Shown here piece by piece: positions 28,932 to 38,003 of a stretch of DNA of 64,000 bases. The notes beneath the pieces are model-generated. The model did not search any database. It worked only from the letters and a program-made list of their open reading frames with translations, and was not told where the DNA came from. Origin of the DNA: a virus. The DNA is taken from IMG/VR virus record IMGVR_UViG_3300037246_002669, positions 1 through 64,000 of that record, one strand, 5' to 3'. Both the position numbers and the translations under genes were made by a program. Position 1 is the stretch's first letter. The number at the start of each line of letters is the position of its first letter.

Positions 28932-29426
28932 TTATTTATGATTGATACGGATGAGGCGCTTACCTTTCCGCATTTTGGACTTGTCAACCGATATCAGGGA
29001 TTTGATCACTTTCACGGGCAGCACTTTTTGATTCCTGACGAACGAAGCTGACCGTCCGTCCGGGGGGAGCATACTCAAGATTTCGTTCCTTTGCAAAAAA
29101 GAAATTTGACCCCGGAATCGCATTCCAGTTTCAGACTGTGAGAAGGGGGTAATGGTGACATCAGCGCCCTCACTCAGTAGCGTAAAGTAAAACGACTGAA
29201 ACATAGATTGTTTCCCGAAAGCCGACCGCGACACAAACACTTTGCCAACTCTCAGATTAGTGGAGAATTCACCGGGATTTTGAAGGGACTCTTGCACCAG
29301 TCCTTCATTTCTGACTTTGTAAAAAGGAACTTCCTCCCCGTTTCGCACAAAAAATAACAGAAATTTTTCGGTGTCATGCCGGTTTTCATGCCGGTGGACT
29401 CCTCCCTTAAACGTAAAGATTGCCAT
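28932..29426 (-). CDS. Hypothetical protein
   Basis: AAGGAGGT RBS. Confidence 0.65.
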   Translation of the reverse strand: MAIFTFKGGVHRHENRHDTEKFLLFFVRNGEEVPFYKVRNEGLVQESLQNPGEFSTNLRVGKVFVSRSAFGKQSMFQSFYFTLLSEGADVTITPFSQSETGMRFRGQISFLQRNEILSMLPPDGRSASFVRNQKVLPVKVIKSLISVDKSKMRKGKRLIRINHK

Positions 29427-29451
29427 GATATTTACCTCCTTTCAAGATTAT

Positions 29452-29480
29452 AAAAGAGGGGATATCCGAAAATATCCCCT
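29452..29480 (-). terminator. Intrinsic terminator
   Basis: aggggatat/atatcccct stem plus U-run. Confidence 0.65.
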
Positions 29481-29485
29481 GATAA

Positions 29486-29719
29486 TTATCCCCATTTAAT
29501 AGTCATGACTCGACGGGGTCCTATCTCCCAGTGTTTCCCATTGTCAACAGCGAGGCGTTCAAAAGAATCCGCCTTGTCCTTTATTATCAGGACACGTGCC
29601 CATTGACCGTATGCCTTACCCAGCCACGCCTCTAACTTATGGATATTACCGATTTGTTCCTTGTTGGAAAATTCCCCGTTCGCATCCAATTTATAAACAG
29701 TGTATGTGTTGCCAGTCAT
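29486..29719 (-). CDS. Small early protein
   Basis: Has its own promoter and terminator; AAAGGA RBS. Confidence 0.7.
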   Translation of the reverse strand: MTGNTYTVYKLDANGEFSNKEQIGNIHKLEAWLGKAYGQWARVLIIKDKADSFERLAVDNGKHWEIGPRRVMTIKWG

Positions 29720-29776
29720 GATCGTATCCTTTCAAAAAGGTTAGGGCTGTGGGCCATTTCCTGCCCTGTTAGATAT

Positions 29777-29805
29777 AAGATACCACCGGGTAAAATCATT
29801 GTCAA
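29777..29805 (-). promoter_or_regulatory. sigma70-type promoter (TTGACA-17-TATCTT, extended TG)
   Basis: Near-duplicate of the promoter at 30207-30235; palindrome at 29814 abuts the -35. Confidence 0.8.
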
Positions 29806-29830
29806 GGTATTCGTGCAATTTATTGCAAAT

Positions 29831-29859
29831 AAAAAAGGGATACCCGAAAGTATCCCCCT
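29831..29859 (-). terminator. Intrinsic terminator
   Basis: gggatac/gtatccc stem plus 6 U. Confidence 0.75.
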
Positions 29860-29870
29860 TGGAAGTGGTA

Positions 29871-30158
29871 TTATTTGACCGGTTTCATATCGGCAGTGAC
29901 ACATGTATAGGATTTTTTTACCTTAACGAAAAGCCGGTAATTGTTACCAGCAGCAGCCATCGTTATTGCGAAGGGCCGTTTGCCTGCCTTGACGAATTTG
30001 AACCCTTTAGGAGTGAGTTTCCGGAGGACCTTGACATAATTGGCCCAATCCTCATATTCCTTTTCATCGTCCCAACGTTCCTTCAGGTTTAATAAGGTTG
30101 TCGCCACGTCACCATTGATCATTTCGATTATTGCCTTGTGTGCGGTTGCGTTGTCCAT
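29871..30158 (-). CDS. Small early protein
   Basis: GGAGG RBS; own promoter and terminator. Confidence 0.7.
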   Translation of the reverse strand: MDNATAHKAIIEMINGDVATTLLNLKERWDDEKEYEDWANYVKVLRKLTPKGFKFVKAGKRPFAITMAAAGNNYRLFVKVKKSYTCVTADMKPVK

Positions 30159-30206
30159 AGTGTCCTCCATTAAGGTTTGGGGTTGATTTCCTGCCGTGTT
30201 AAATAC

Positions 30207-30235
30207 AATCTAACACCGGTTAAAATCATTGTCAA
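30207..30235 (-). promoter_or_regulatory. sigma70-type promoter (TTGACA-17-TAGATT, extended TG)
   Basis: Consensus spacing; duplicate of the 29777 unit. Confidence 0.8.
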
Positions 30236-30305
30236 GGGAAAATATGCCGAATAATAAAAAAGGCCCTTATAATAAGAGATGCCCTTTTTGCAATAAATTG
30301 CAAAT

Positions 30306-30345
30306 AAAAAAAGGACCAGAAAAATTAATTTCCAGTCCCCTTTTT
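30306..30345 (-). terminator. Intrinsic terminator
   Basis: GGACTGGAAA/TTTCTGGTCC stem plus 7 U. Confidence 0.75.
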
Positions 30346-30357
30346 AAAATACGGTAT

Positions 30358-30531
30358 CATCATGCCGCTTTTCCTGTTAACCTATAATTTTATAGCATCA
30401 CCTCCCCCTACCAAACAAATGAATGTTGTATATAAAAGATAATAGCATCATGCCCCGTTTCCTGTTGCCCTACAGTTTTATAGCATCACCTCCCTTAAAC
30501 AAACAAAATGAATGTTGTATATAAAAGATAA
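30358..30531 (-). ncRNA. Candidate ncRNA made of two ~88-nt tandem units
   Basis: Units 30358-30442 and 30446-30531, bracketed by promoter 30525-30553 and terminator 30306-30345; no minus-strand ORF. Confidence 0.5.
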
Positions 30532-30553
30532 CACCTTCCTTAATTATTATCAA
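30525..30553 (-). promoter_or_regulatory. sigma70-type promoter (TTGATA-17-TATCTT, extended TG)
   Basis: Same architecture as the other early promoters. Confidence 0.7.
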
Positions 30554-30560
30554 GGGACCA

Positions 30561-30710
30561 TTATTCATCCTTCCTGTCGGGACGATGCTCCTCGTCCCCC
30601 TTCCATGCAGTTTCTTCTATGTCAGGCAGTGAAGTTGAAAGGATACTTTCCATCCCAGGGTCGACTTTCCACATTTTCTCGGCGGTTTTCTTTTCCTCCG
30701 GAGCACTCAT
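30561..30710 (-). CDS. 49-aa acidic protein (below the ORF-track cutoff)
   Basis: AAGGAGG RBS, then MSAPEEKKTAEKMWKVDPGMESILSTSLPDIEETAWKGDEEHRPDRKDE-TAA. Confidence 0.6.
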   Translation of the reverse strand: MSAPEEKKTAEKMWKVDPGMESILSTSLPDIEETAWKGDEEHRPDRKDE

Positions 30711-30725
30711 AAAACTTCCCTCCTT

Positions 30726-30764
30726 TATCTTGGCTCTTTACCTAAAGAGCATGACAGTATCTCA
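30726..30764 (-). promoter_or_regulatory. Bacterial SECIS-like element
   Basis: UGA, 11 nt, then GCUCUUU-AGGU-AAAGAGC; possible lower stem UGUC/GAUA. Confidence 0.6.
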
Positions 30765-31700
30765 GCGGCAGTGGGGATGATATACCGGCAGTCGAAACTG
30801 TGCTTCCCTATCAGCAACGGACATGTTGTCAAGATCAGCATACCTGGGAAACGGGATCACTCCAACGGTTTGAGCAGTGGGATCAACTGCCGGATCTGCA
30901 AGGGCCTCCTGGTACCTGTTAATGGCCTCGTTGATCTCGTAGATCATACCGTCCAGCAATTCACACACTGGGCATACTCGCCTGTCATTCATTGCGACGA
31001 CTTGCACTGTCTTGACCCCATTTCGAATACCTTCTTGCAAGGCAGCATGATGCCAACAATAGCCAGACTGCACTTCACAGTTGGCCTCATGGTAAAAAGC
31101 AGGCATGAGCGGGATGCGGGCAATTCGGGCTTGGAGTGCCGCCTTATCCACTAATCGTTTGGTCGGATCGGTACGCACTATCTCTTCCAGCCGCGTTATC
31201 TCATTTGTCATAGCATCGGCGAGACCATATGCCATGATGGAATGCACGTTAACAGCATACGCCCTTGCTACGTAATCTTCCCATTCTTCCAGCGTAATTT
31301 TGGCTGCCTTGCCTGATTGCACACGAACCCGTTCTTGTGACTTAATAATCACTTTCCGAAACACACCGGCCATTTCATCCCGGGCCGCATATCCAATGGA
31401 TAATCCCATGTCGAAAGGAATAGCAGCCAATGCCCCAGCTATGATCTGTGAATTCACTGAGAAGGTGTCACCGTCAACAATGAATGCATTTTTCACAGCA
31501 TCCAGCGCCTCCCCTATGACTTCGTTCGTCAGCCTGGAGAGTAGCATGGACAGTAGAATGGCTTCCGGTCCCCAGAACTTAATAGCCGGGTTGTCTTTCA
31601 GTGCCTCTTCTGCCAGTTTGCCCACATTTCCTGATTTGATAGTGAACATGAGATCCACCGGGGTCATCTTGACAAATGACTCTTCAGTGGCTAATTTCAT
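30738..31700 (-). CDS. Head morphogenesis protein (SPP1 gp7/Mu gpF-like); in-frame UGA at 30762-30764, probably Sec
   Basis: Follows portal (ATGA overlap); DRRVCPVC..LDG..Y and P.YHPHCR-UGA-DTVMLFR-UAA. Ends at 30762 if UGA is a stop. Confidence 0.8.
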
Positions 31701-33448
31701 GCGACTACTCCCTTCTGTGCCGTTTCTTGCAGAAGGCACAAAGTTTTGTAAATGGTGATATCTTCAGAAGTGAATAGTGTACCTTCGGTTTTTTCGGCAG
31801 CATTCGAGGGAAGCGTGAGCAGACTGGAAGAGGTGGTGTCAATCTTTTCAGCAATTTCCTCAATTCCTTTCAGTCTTCCCTGTTTTGCCAGTTCAAGGAC
31901 AATAGGGAGGGGGTAACTTGCCCATTCCTGGTCGAAAATACTCATCTCCAGTCCGAATGCTTCGTTTGCCCTGGCAATGGCGTGGTTGACAGTGAAAGCC
32001 CCAACGTCAGCAAATGACTTTACACCGGCACTTGTATCTTTGGAGCCGACAATACGCGGTCCCATGGAGCAGAACTTCCAGTCGAGGACGTTAAACTCCT
32101 TAAAGACAAGATGAAGGTTCACCCATGTATCGAAGTCTTCACGTTCCGGAATGAACACCTGTTCTTCAGCAACGGTCTGCGCAGCCTGTGCAGTTGCATG
32201 GGTATAACCATCACTCTGCCCAAGGTAAAGATCAGGAAGACGAAAACGGTACCGGATAGTCTTGTAGGTGTCAGTTAAATACCGGTTAAACATGCCGTCT
32301 TCTGCCCTGTACTCCCCGAGGGGTTTGATCTCGATTTTAGCCTGTCCCTTGTCATCCAACCCGACACTTTCTACATTCGATTCAAGCAGGAGGACTTTGT
32401 TCCAGTTTTCCACTCCCCTCATGCCCAGGATCATGCTTTCCAGATCTTCTACGGATTCATCCGTAAGCGTTCCTCCACTTACAGTGATAACCATGGGAGG
32501 AATGCCTTGGGAATCGAAAAGATCGTAGTTAACATACTGTGCCTTTCTTCTGCCTTTGATATCCAAAACAGCGCCGATCCACCGGGGAACCCCATAAGAA
32601 CTTGTGCCGAAGTCCTCCCGGAAGTGTTTGATTTCTGAAGCAATGAAGAGTGGTTTCTTTTCTTTTTTGATGAGACTGATGTCTTCGGGAGTCAGGTACT
32701 TCCCTGTCATATAGTCCATCACGCGCGGATCTCCATATTCCTTGAACCAGCGCAGCGTTCTCCCGTCTGGGCCAATCTGTGCAAATTTCCGGAAGGATTT
32801 ACGCATCGTAATACGGACCACTTCCCCGTTACGACGAAGTGGAACTGTAACCTCTATGCGATTTCTGTCCACTCTGGTAAGCCGAATGTTCTTGAAAGGC
32901 AGGCGGAACATCATCTGTATTTCTCCAACTGCGTTCCTCACAATTTCCACAGTAGAGTTACCTGTGCGCTCCAGATCCTTACGCAGTTTTTTGCGCACGG
33001 CCTTAAAATCTTCAGCATCGTTCACCTGCCCAAAGAAGTCAGCAAGTTTAACCCTGTTCTTCTTAGCGTTAGGTTCCTCTGCCATTTTCGTGTCTTCTCC
33101 CAGATAATGGAAGGTGTGCCCGAATCCGTCAACATTTTGCACCATGGCATCAATGTTTGACTGCAGGGCATCAGACTCTTCGTAGATTTCGAACAAACGA
33201 CTGATATTGTAGGGAGGTTCAATCAAATTTTGAGCACCGTAGAAATCTACAAAAAGATCCTCGTCGAAATCTACAGCGCGGGAAAAAATTCCAGGAGTAC
33301 CGGCATCCCCGTATGCCTGTTCCAGTTTCTGAGCAATTCGCATTCGCATAGCTCTCAATTTTTGCCGGTTATCCTTACTGGTTGTGCCTGATATTTGCAC
33401 TCCCGGCACAGGAGGGGCGTTTTTGGTTTTTACTACTTTCTCTGGCAT
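31697..33448 (-). CDS. Portal protein (PBSX/XkdE-like)
   Basis: LIEPPY, D.E.TGN..VE..R, FKEYGDPR, YGVPRWIG, F...GIP. Confidence 0.9.
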   Translation of the reverse strand: MPEKVVKTKNAPPVPGVQISGTTSKDNRQKLRAMRMRIAQKLEQAYGDAGTPGIFSRAVDFDEDLFVDFYGAQNLIEPPYNISRLFEIYEESDALQSNIDAMVQNVDGFGHTFHYLGEDTKMAEEPNAKKNRVKLADFFGQVNDAEDFKAVRKKLRKDLERTGNSTVEIVRNAVGEIQMMFRLPFKNIRLTRVDRNRIEVTVPLRRNGEVVRITMRKSFRKFAQIGPDGRTLRWFKEYGDPRVMDYMTGKYLTPEDISLIKKEKKPLFIASEIKHFREDFGTSSYGVPRWIGAVLDIKGRRKAQYVNYDLFDSQGIPPMVITVSGGTLTDESVEDLESMILGMRGVENWNKVLLLESNVESVGLDDKGQAKIEIKPLGEYRAEDGMFNRYLTDTYKTIRYRFRLPDLYLGQSDGYTHATAQAAQTVAEEQVFIPEREDFDTWVNLHLVFKEFNVLDWKFCSMGPRIVGSKDTSAGVKSFADVGAFTVNHAIARANEAFGLEMSIFDQEWASYPLPIVLELAKQGRLKGIEEIAEKIDTTSSSLLTLPSNAAEKTEGTLFTSEDITIYKTLCLLQETAQKGVVA

Positions 33449-33527
33449 ATGACCGTATCTCCTTTATCTTCTGTAAAAAAAATGACTGCTACTTGTAGGT
33501 AACAGCCACACTATAACTCAGGTTGCC

Positions 33528-36215
33528 TTACAGGTCAAAGTCTTTCATATCTGCCAAATTGGGGCCTATGGAAACATCGGAAAGTAATGGGACACTCAAC
33601 TTTATTCCAAAATCCCTTTCGATGGGAGGATTCTCCAATGCGGTTTTGATAATTCTTGCGTAGTATGGTAGATCAGCATCGGCCTTGACTTCGTAAACAA
33701 GTTCATCATGAATGAACAGGATAGGACGGAAAATCTCAGGGTCATGGCCTTGTTTCCGAATTTCATTTGCTGCCATGAGTACCACATCCGACGAAGGGGC
33801 CTGTATAGGATGGTTAATCGCCTGCCGTTCAGCCTCCCCCCTTATGTAGGGATCATTTGAATTGATTTCAGGCAATCTACGTTTCCGTCCCAATGGAGAG
33901 ATAACATAACCATGACGCCTGCAAAAATCAATGGTATCCCGGTGAAAAGTTTTAATACGTTTGTAGTTCCCAAAGAATTTGGCGATCCATGACTCCGCTT
34001 GATCTATGGTAAGGGCAAGTCCGTACTCTTGTTTTGCATATTGCACAAAACCCTTTGCGCTCATTCCGAACACTAATCCAAAGTTAACCGGCTTGGCATT
34101 CTGCCGGGCCTTTTTCTTTTCCTTGTCATTCATATTATTCCACTTGGCACCACTTAGTACTTTGCCAGTAGCCACATGAATGTCCTCCCCGGACCGGAAT
34201 ACTTTAATCATGGCAGGATCGCGGGACTGGTGGGCAAGCCACCTCAACTCAGACTGGGATTCATCAGCAGCTAACAGAACGTATCCTGGTTTGGCGGCAA
34301 TAAGACTTCGGACAATTCGCGCGGAAGGGCCTCGCTTGGGTATGTTCATTAAATTTGGGTCCGATGAATTTATTCTCCCGGTAACTGCCATGCACATACC
34401 GTATCTGGTATGAATACGCCCATCTGCCTTGATCGCTTTTTTGAATCCCCGTAGGTAGCGACTCCACAAAGTATGGTACATTTTGAACAACTCAAGGTTT
34501 TCCAGGAATGTTCTTGCTTTGGGAGGCAAGCGCATATCCAGCAGTAACTTTCTAACATTCTTATCAACACTGGGTTCTTTGGCCTTAGTGCGTTTGATTA
34601 CTTTCAGCCCGTATCCCTCGTCGGAAAACAGAATATCCCGCACTAACGTATCCCTCGTGAACTTTATGCCTTTGGCCTGATGGACTTCTTTCTCCAGTAC
34701 CTCCCTGGGAATGCATCCTGAGCACTGTACAGCAGCATCCTCCATGAGTAAAGCAACTTCTTTGGTGGCAATGGGGAGTTGATCCTTATCCACATATGCG
34801 CCGATTTCCTCCATTTCGAAAAGGGTATGTAGCGTAGGCATGGCAAATGTCTTAAAATAGTGTAGTGCCTCGGTCTCGTTTCGTTCTTTGAGAAACCGCA
34901 TCATGTTATGATAAGCCTGAAAGGTCACATCGGTATCGGCGCACGCGTACTGGGTTCTCTCATCCAGGGGAACGGCTATCATGTCCCCCTTTTCGTACTT
35001 GGCCCCAAATTCGGAGTTATAGTTCCCTTTCATGGTCGTGAAACTTTTTTGCACCTGTTCCAGACTCGCCATCTTGTAGATATTTTCTTCTATCAAATGG
35101 GCAAGCACCTGCAACTCTGCCTCCCATCCCCTAATAGGAATACTGACTTTCGAAATTCGACGGAAGAGAGTCCGAAAAACATGATAATCGAATGCACCAT
35201 TGAGGAAGGACTTCTTTATATCCTCATTCAGGAGCAACTGTGCCAACTCCCTTACTTTTTGCGCGAAGTCGGGTGTCTGTCTTGCCCCGATTGTAACCTC
35301 CTCTTTCTTCCGTTTGCCTTTCTCGTTAATTGCCCACCGATCCTGTTGCCACTGGATCACACACTCGTCGGAGTTGGGATCACATTCTTCATAAAATGTG
35401 ATACTGTATCCGGTTCCGGTTTCGTAAGTCAGACTGTAACTGATCATGACATATTCGGGATTTGCCCAGTCGAGCCCCTGCCCCTCAGTATCCAGGCCGA
35501 TTAATTTCCCTTCGAGAAAATCAGCCCAGTCTTCTCCCATCGGGCGTTCACTGTCAGTTCGGACCATCCGTACTCCGGGTTTTGGTTTCTTTTTTGGACG
35601 GTGCATCTCCGCCAGCGAAGTTATCTCACGGTAGGATGAATTGGTTTCGATTACTGGCGGTTGAAAGTCATTCTCTATCAGTTCCGATAACATCCGGATG
35701 TCTTCAATCAACTGGGCTTCCATCGCCATGTTGCGCATAATGAAATTGGGGTGCAAGGTAGCGATCACCCAGCAGGCGAACTCCTCGTTCCAGAACCACT
35801 GCCCGCGATTTTTCTTAATGCCGGACTTTCTCATGATCTGCCTGAATGCGAAATCTCCTGCACACAAAATAACCTTGGGTTTCACTTGATAGATAACCGA
35901 TTCGATGTAATGGCGGCAACTACTCAGTGTAGCAGTGACTTCTTTCCCGGATAATGTCCTTTTGTCCATTACACACCTGGACGCGGTCACGATAAACATT
36001 TCTCGCCAGTTGATACCATGTTGCTGGAGACGACTTTTCATCATCTCCCCACTATCTCCCTGTAAATGACCATCCCTTCCATGACTGCCACGCCCAAAAA
36101 AAGCGGGGGAATCGTCCACCAGTAATATATCGGCAGTGCGACTCCCCATGTAATACTTCTTCTGTACAGCTCCATGAAGGGGGCAATCGTGAAATTTACA
36201 CTCTCTACTCATCAC
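33528..36215 (-). CDS. polA: Family A DNA polymerase with N-terminal UDG-like and 3'-5' exonuclease domains
   Basis: LHP (UDG4-like), GLDTE, NGAFD, YACAD, TGRINSSDPNL, DESQSELR, K..NFG, HDE. Confidence 0.93.
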   Translation of the reverse strand: MMSRECKFHDCPLHGAVQKKYYMGSRTADILLVDDSPAFFGRGSHGRDGHLQGDSGEMMKSRLQQHGINWREMFIVTASRCVMDKRTLSGKEVTATLSSCRHYIESVIYQVKPKVILCAGDFAFRQIMRKSGIKKNRGQWFWNEEFACWVIATLHPNFIMRNMAMEAQLIEDIRMLSELIENDFQPPVIETNSSYREITSLAEMHRPKKKPKPGVRMVRTDSERPMGEDWADFLEGKLIGLDTEGQGLDWANPEYVMISYSLTYETGTGYSITFYEECDPNSDECVIQWQQDRWAINEKGKRKKEEVTIGARQTPDFAQKVRELAQLLLNEDIKKSFLNGAFDYHVFRTLFRRISKVSIPIRGWEAELQVLAHLIEENIYKMASLEQVQKSFTTMKGNYNSEFGAKYEKGDMIAVPLDERTQYACADTDVTFQAYHNMMRFLKERNETEALHYFKTFAMPTLHTLFEMEEIGAYVDKDQLPIATKEVALLMEDAAVQCSGCIPREVLEKEVHQAKGIKFTRDTLVRDILFSDEGYGLKVIKRTKAKEPSVDKNVRKLLLDMRLPPKARTFLENLELFKMYHTLWSRYLRGFKKAIKADGRIHTRYGMCMAVTGRINSSDPNLMNIPKRGPSARIVRSLIAAKPGYVLLAADESQSELRWLAHQSRDPAMIKVFRSGEDIHVATGKVLSGAKWNNMNDKEKKKARQNAKPVNFGLVFGMSAKGFVQYAKQEYGLALTIDQAESWIAKFFGNYKRIKTFHRDTIDFCRRHGYVISPLGRKRRLPEINSNDPYIRGEAERQAINHPIQAPSSDVVLMAANEIRKQGHDPEIFRPILFIHDELVYEVKADADLPYYARIIKTALENPPIERDFGIKLSVPLLSDVSIGPNLADMKDFDL

Positions 36216-36244
36216 GCTGTCTCCTCATTAATCAACTGCAGCCA

Positions 36245-36955
36245 TTACTCTACGGGACACGGAAGCCCGGATCTGTCAACGCACCCCAGCATACTAACCA
36301 CATTCATATCTGTTACTCCGTGGTTAGTTACCCTGCCGATAAGGATGTTATTTTCCAGGGAACCGTACTCGGCGAAAAAACGAACTGACTTGAACCGTAA
36401 TTTCAAGTAATCCGTGTAGTATGCATTCACCAGAACTCCTGTCTCTCTCTCTTCATCACATAGCCACACATAATCGGGGTACGCATATCGAGAAACCACC
36501 CACATATGGGGCGTGACTTCGACCAACTTCTTTTTCATGACCTCCGTACTCAACTTGTCCGTAATACGAGAAAGTGTCCCAACGGGGGTTTTGATGGCCT
36601 TCATCTTTGTAATATGTCGGGCGAAGATAACCATGCCAAGATTAGCGCAGAAGTGCTTCTGCTGGAAGGTGCCCTTCCACCACTTGTTATCAGGGTGGTC
36701 TTCGAATAGTGCCGTAAGGATCTCCTCTTTGGTACGTGCCCTTCTGGTATCCCATGCAACTCCTTTCTTGAGATTTTCCAGCCGCTCCGCCAATTTTACT
36801 GAGATCTCGATCCCAAAGGGAGTCAATTTACCAAGACCGCAAATTAAATCCTGTCTGTGCAAATTTTTGGTGATTTCATCCTCTGACAACTGGGGACTCT
36901 CCTCAGTATGGGAAGCAAGTGCGTCCATTTCCATACGAGACAATTTTAAACTCAT
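36245..36955 (-). CDS. Hypothetical protein
   Basis: GGAGG RBS before MSLKLS. Confidence 0.6.
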   Translation of the reverse strand: MSLKLSRMEMDALASHTEESPQLSEDEITKNLHRQDLICGLGKLTPFGIEISVKLAERLENLKKGVAWDTRRARTKEEILTALFEDHPDNKWWKGTFQQKHFCANLGMVIFARHITKMKAIKTPVGTLSRITDKLSTEVMKKKLVEVTPHMWVVSRYAYPDYVWLCDEERETGVLVNAYYTDYLKLRFKSVRFFAEYGSLENNILIGRVTNHGVTDMNVVSMLGCVDRSGLPCPVE

Positions 36956-37023
36956 TATATTTATTCCTCCATTGGGTTTTACCCCATCATAGCCCCGGTT
37001 CAAAGTAATTTCAAATTTGCAAT

Positions 37024-38001
37024 TTATTGCAAATAACTCGCAACTGTTGCCCCAAGTCCTTCCGTAAATCCTACCTGCGGGCGATATTTGAGTTGATCTT
37101 TGGCCTTATAGATATCAGCCTTGGAATGTTTGATATCCCCGATTCTATCCGATGTATGTTCGAATTTCCGGTCAACTCCAGTTATGCTGGAAATGGCAGA
37201 CACAAGGTCATTCAATGTATGAGATTCTCCCATAGCAATATTATAGGATTCTCCACTGGGTAACCCTGCTATTGTCAGCATAGCTTTGAGATTTGCGTGA
37301 ACTACATTGTCCACATAGGTAAAATCGCGGGACTGTTTTCCGTCTCCATGGATCTTAAACTTGTAATCCCCATCACGGCACGCCCGGATGATTTTGGGAA
37401 TCACGGCAGCGTACTCGGACTGGTCCGACTGTCGGGGACCAAACACATTGAAGTAACGCAAACACACTGTGGACAGTCCATGCATCTTCCAGTACATGTG
37501 CATGTACTCTTCAGATATGCACTTCTGCGCGGCATAGGGTGTTTTGGGGTTGAATGGCAGGGTTTCCATTTTGAATTCACAGTCCACATCTCCATACACC
37601 GAAGAGGACGAAGAGAACACAACTCTCTGCACTCCTGCAGACTTACAAGCATGCAATAGGGCAAGTGTACTTGTGGAGTTCGCCTTGTGGCTGTCCATGG
37701 GTTCCACAATGGACCTGGGAACCGAACCCAATGCAGCTACATGAAATACATAGCGACATCCGGACACTGCCAGTGCCGTGGCAACTTCATCTTCCACGTT
37801 GCCTATAATCACTCGGGGAGAGGAAACATCAAGTCTTTTTCCGTCCTCGCCCATCATTGCAGCCTCGACGTTCTCCATACTTCCGGTGGATAAATTGTCC
37901 AGTATGACAACTTCATATCCATACTTCAGCAAATGGTGCACCAAATGAGAGCCAATGAACCCGGCCCCTCCGGTAACGAGAACTTTTATATTATCACTCA
38001 T
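37024..38001 (-). CDS. NAD-dependent epimerase, WbpP-like UDP-GlcNAc 4-epimerase
   Basis: VTGGAGFIGS, HVAALGSVPRSI, SSSSVYGD, PYAAQK, LRYFNVFGPRQ, YAAVIP, GDG.QSRDFTYV.NVV.AN. Confidence 0.9.
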   Translation of the reverse strand: MSDNIKVLVTGGAGFIGSHLVHHLLKYGYEVVILDNLSTGSMENVEAAMMGEDGKRLDVSSPRVIIGNVEDEVATALAVSGCRYVFHVAALGSVPRSIVEPMDSHKANSTSTLALLHACKSAGVQRVVFSSSSSVYGDVDCEFKMETLPFNPKTPYAAQKCISEEYMHMYWKMHGLSTVCLRYFNVFGPRQSDQSEYAAVIPKIIRACRDGDYKFKIHGDGKQSRDFTYVDNVVHANLKAMLTIAGLPSGESYNIAMGESHTLNDLVSAISSITGVDRKFEHTSDRIGDIKHSKADIYKAKDQLKYRPQVGFTEGLGATVASYLQ

Positions 38002-38003
38002 CT

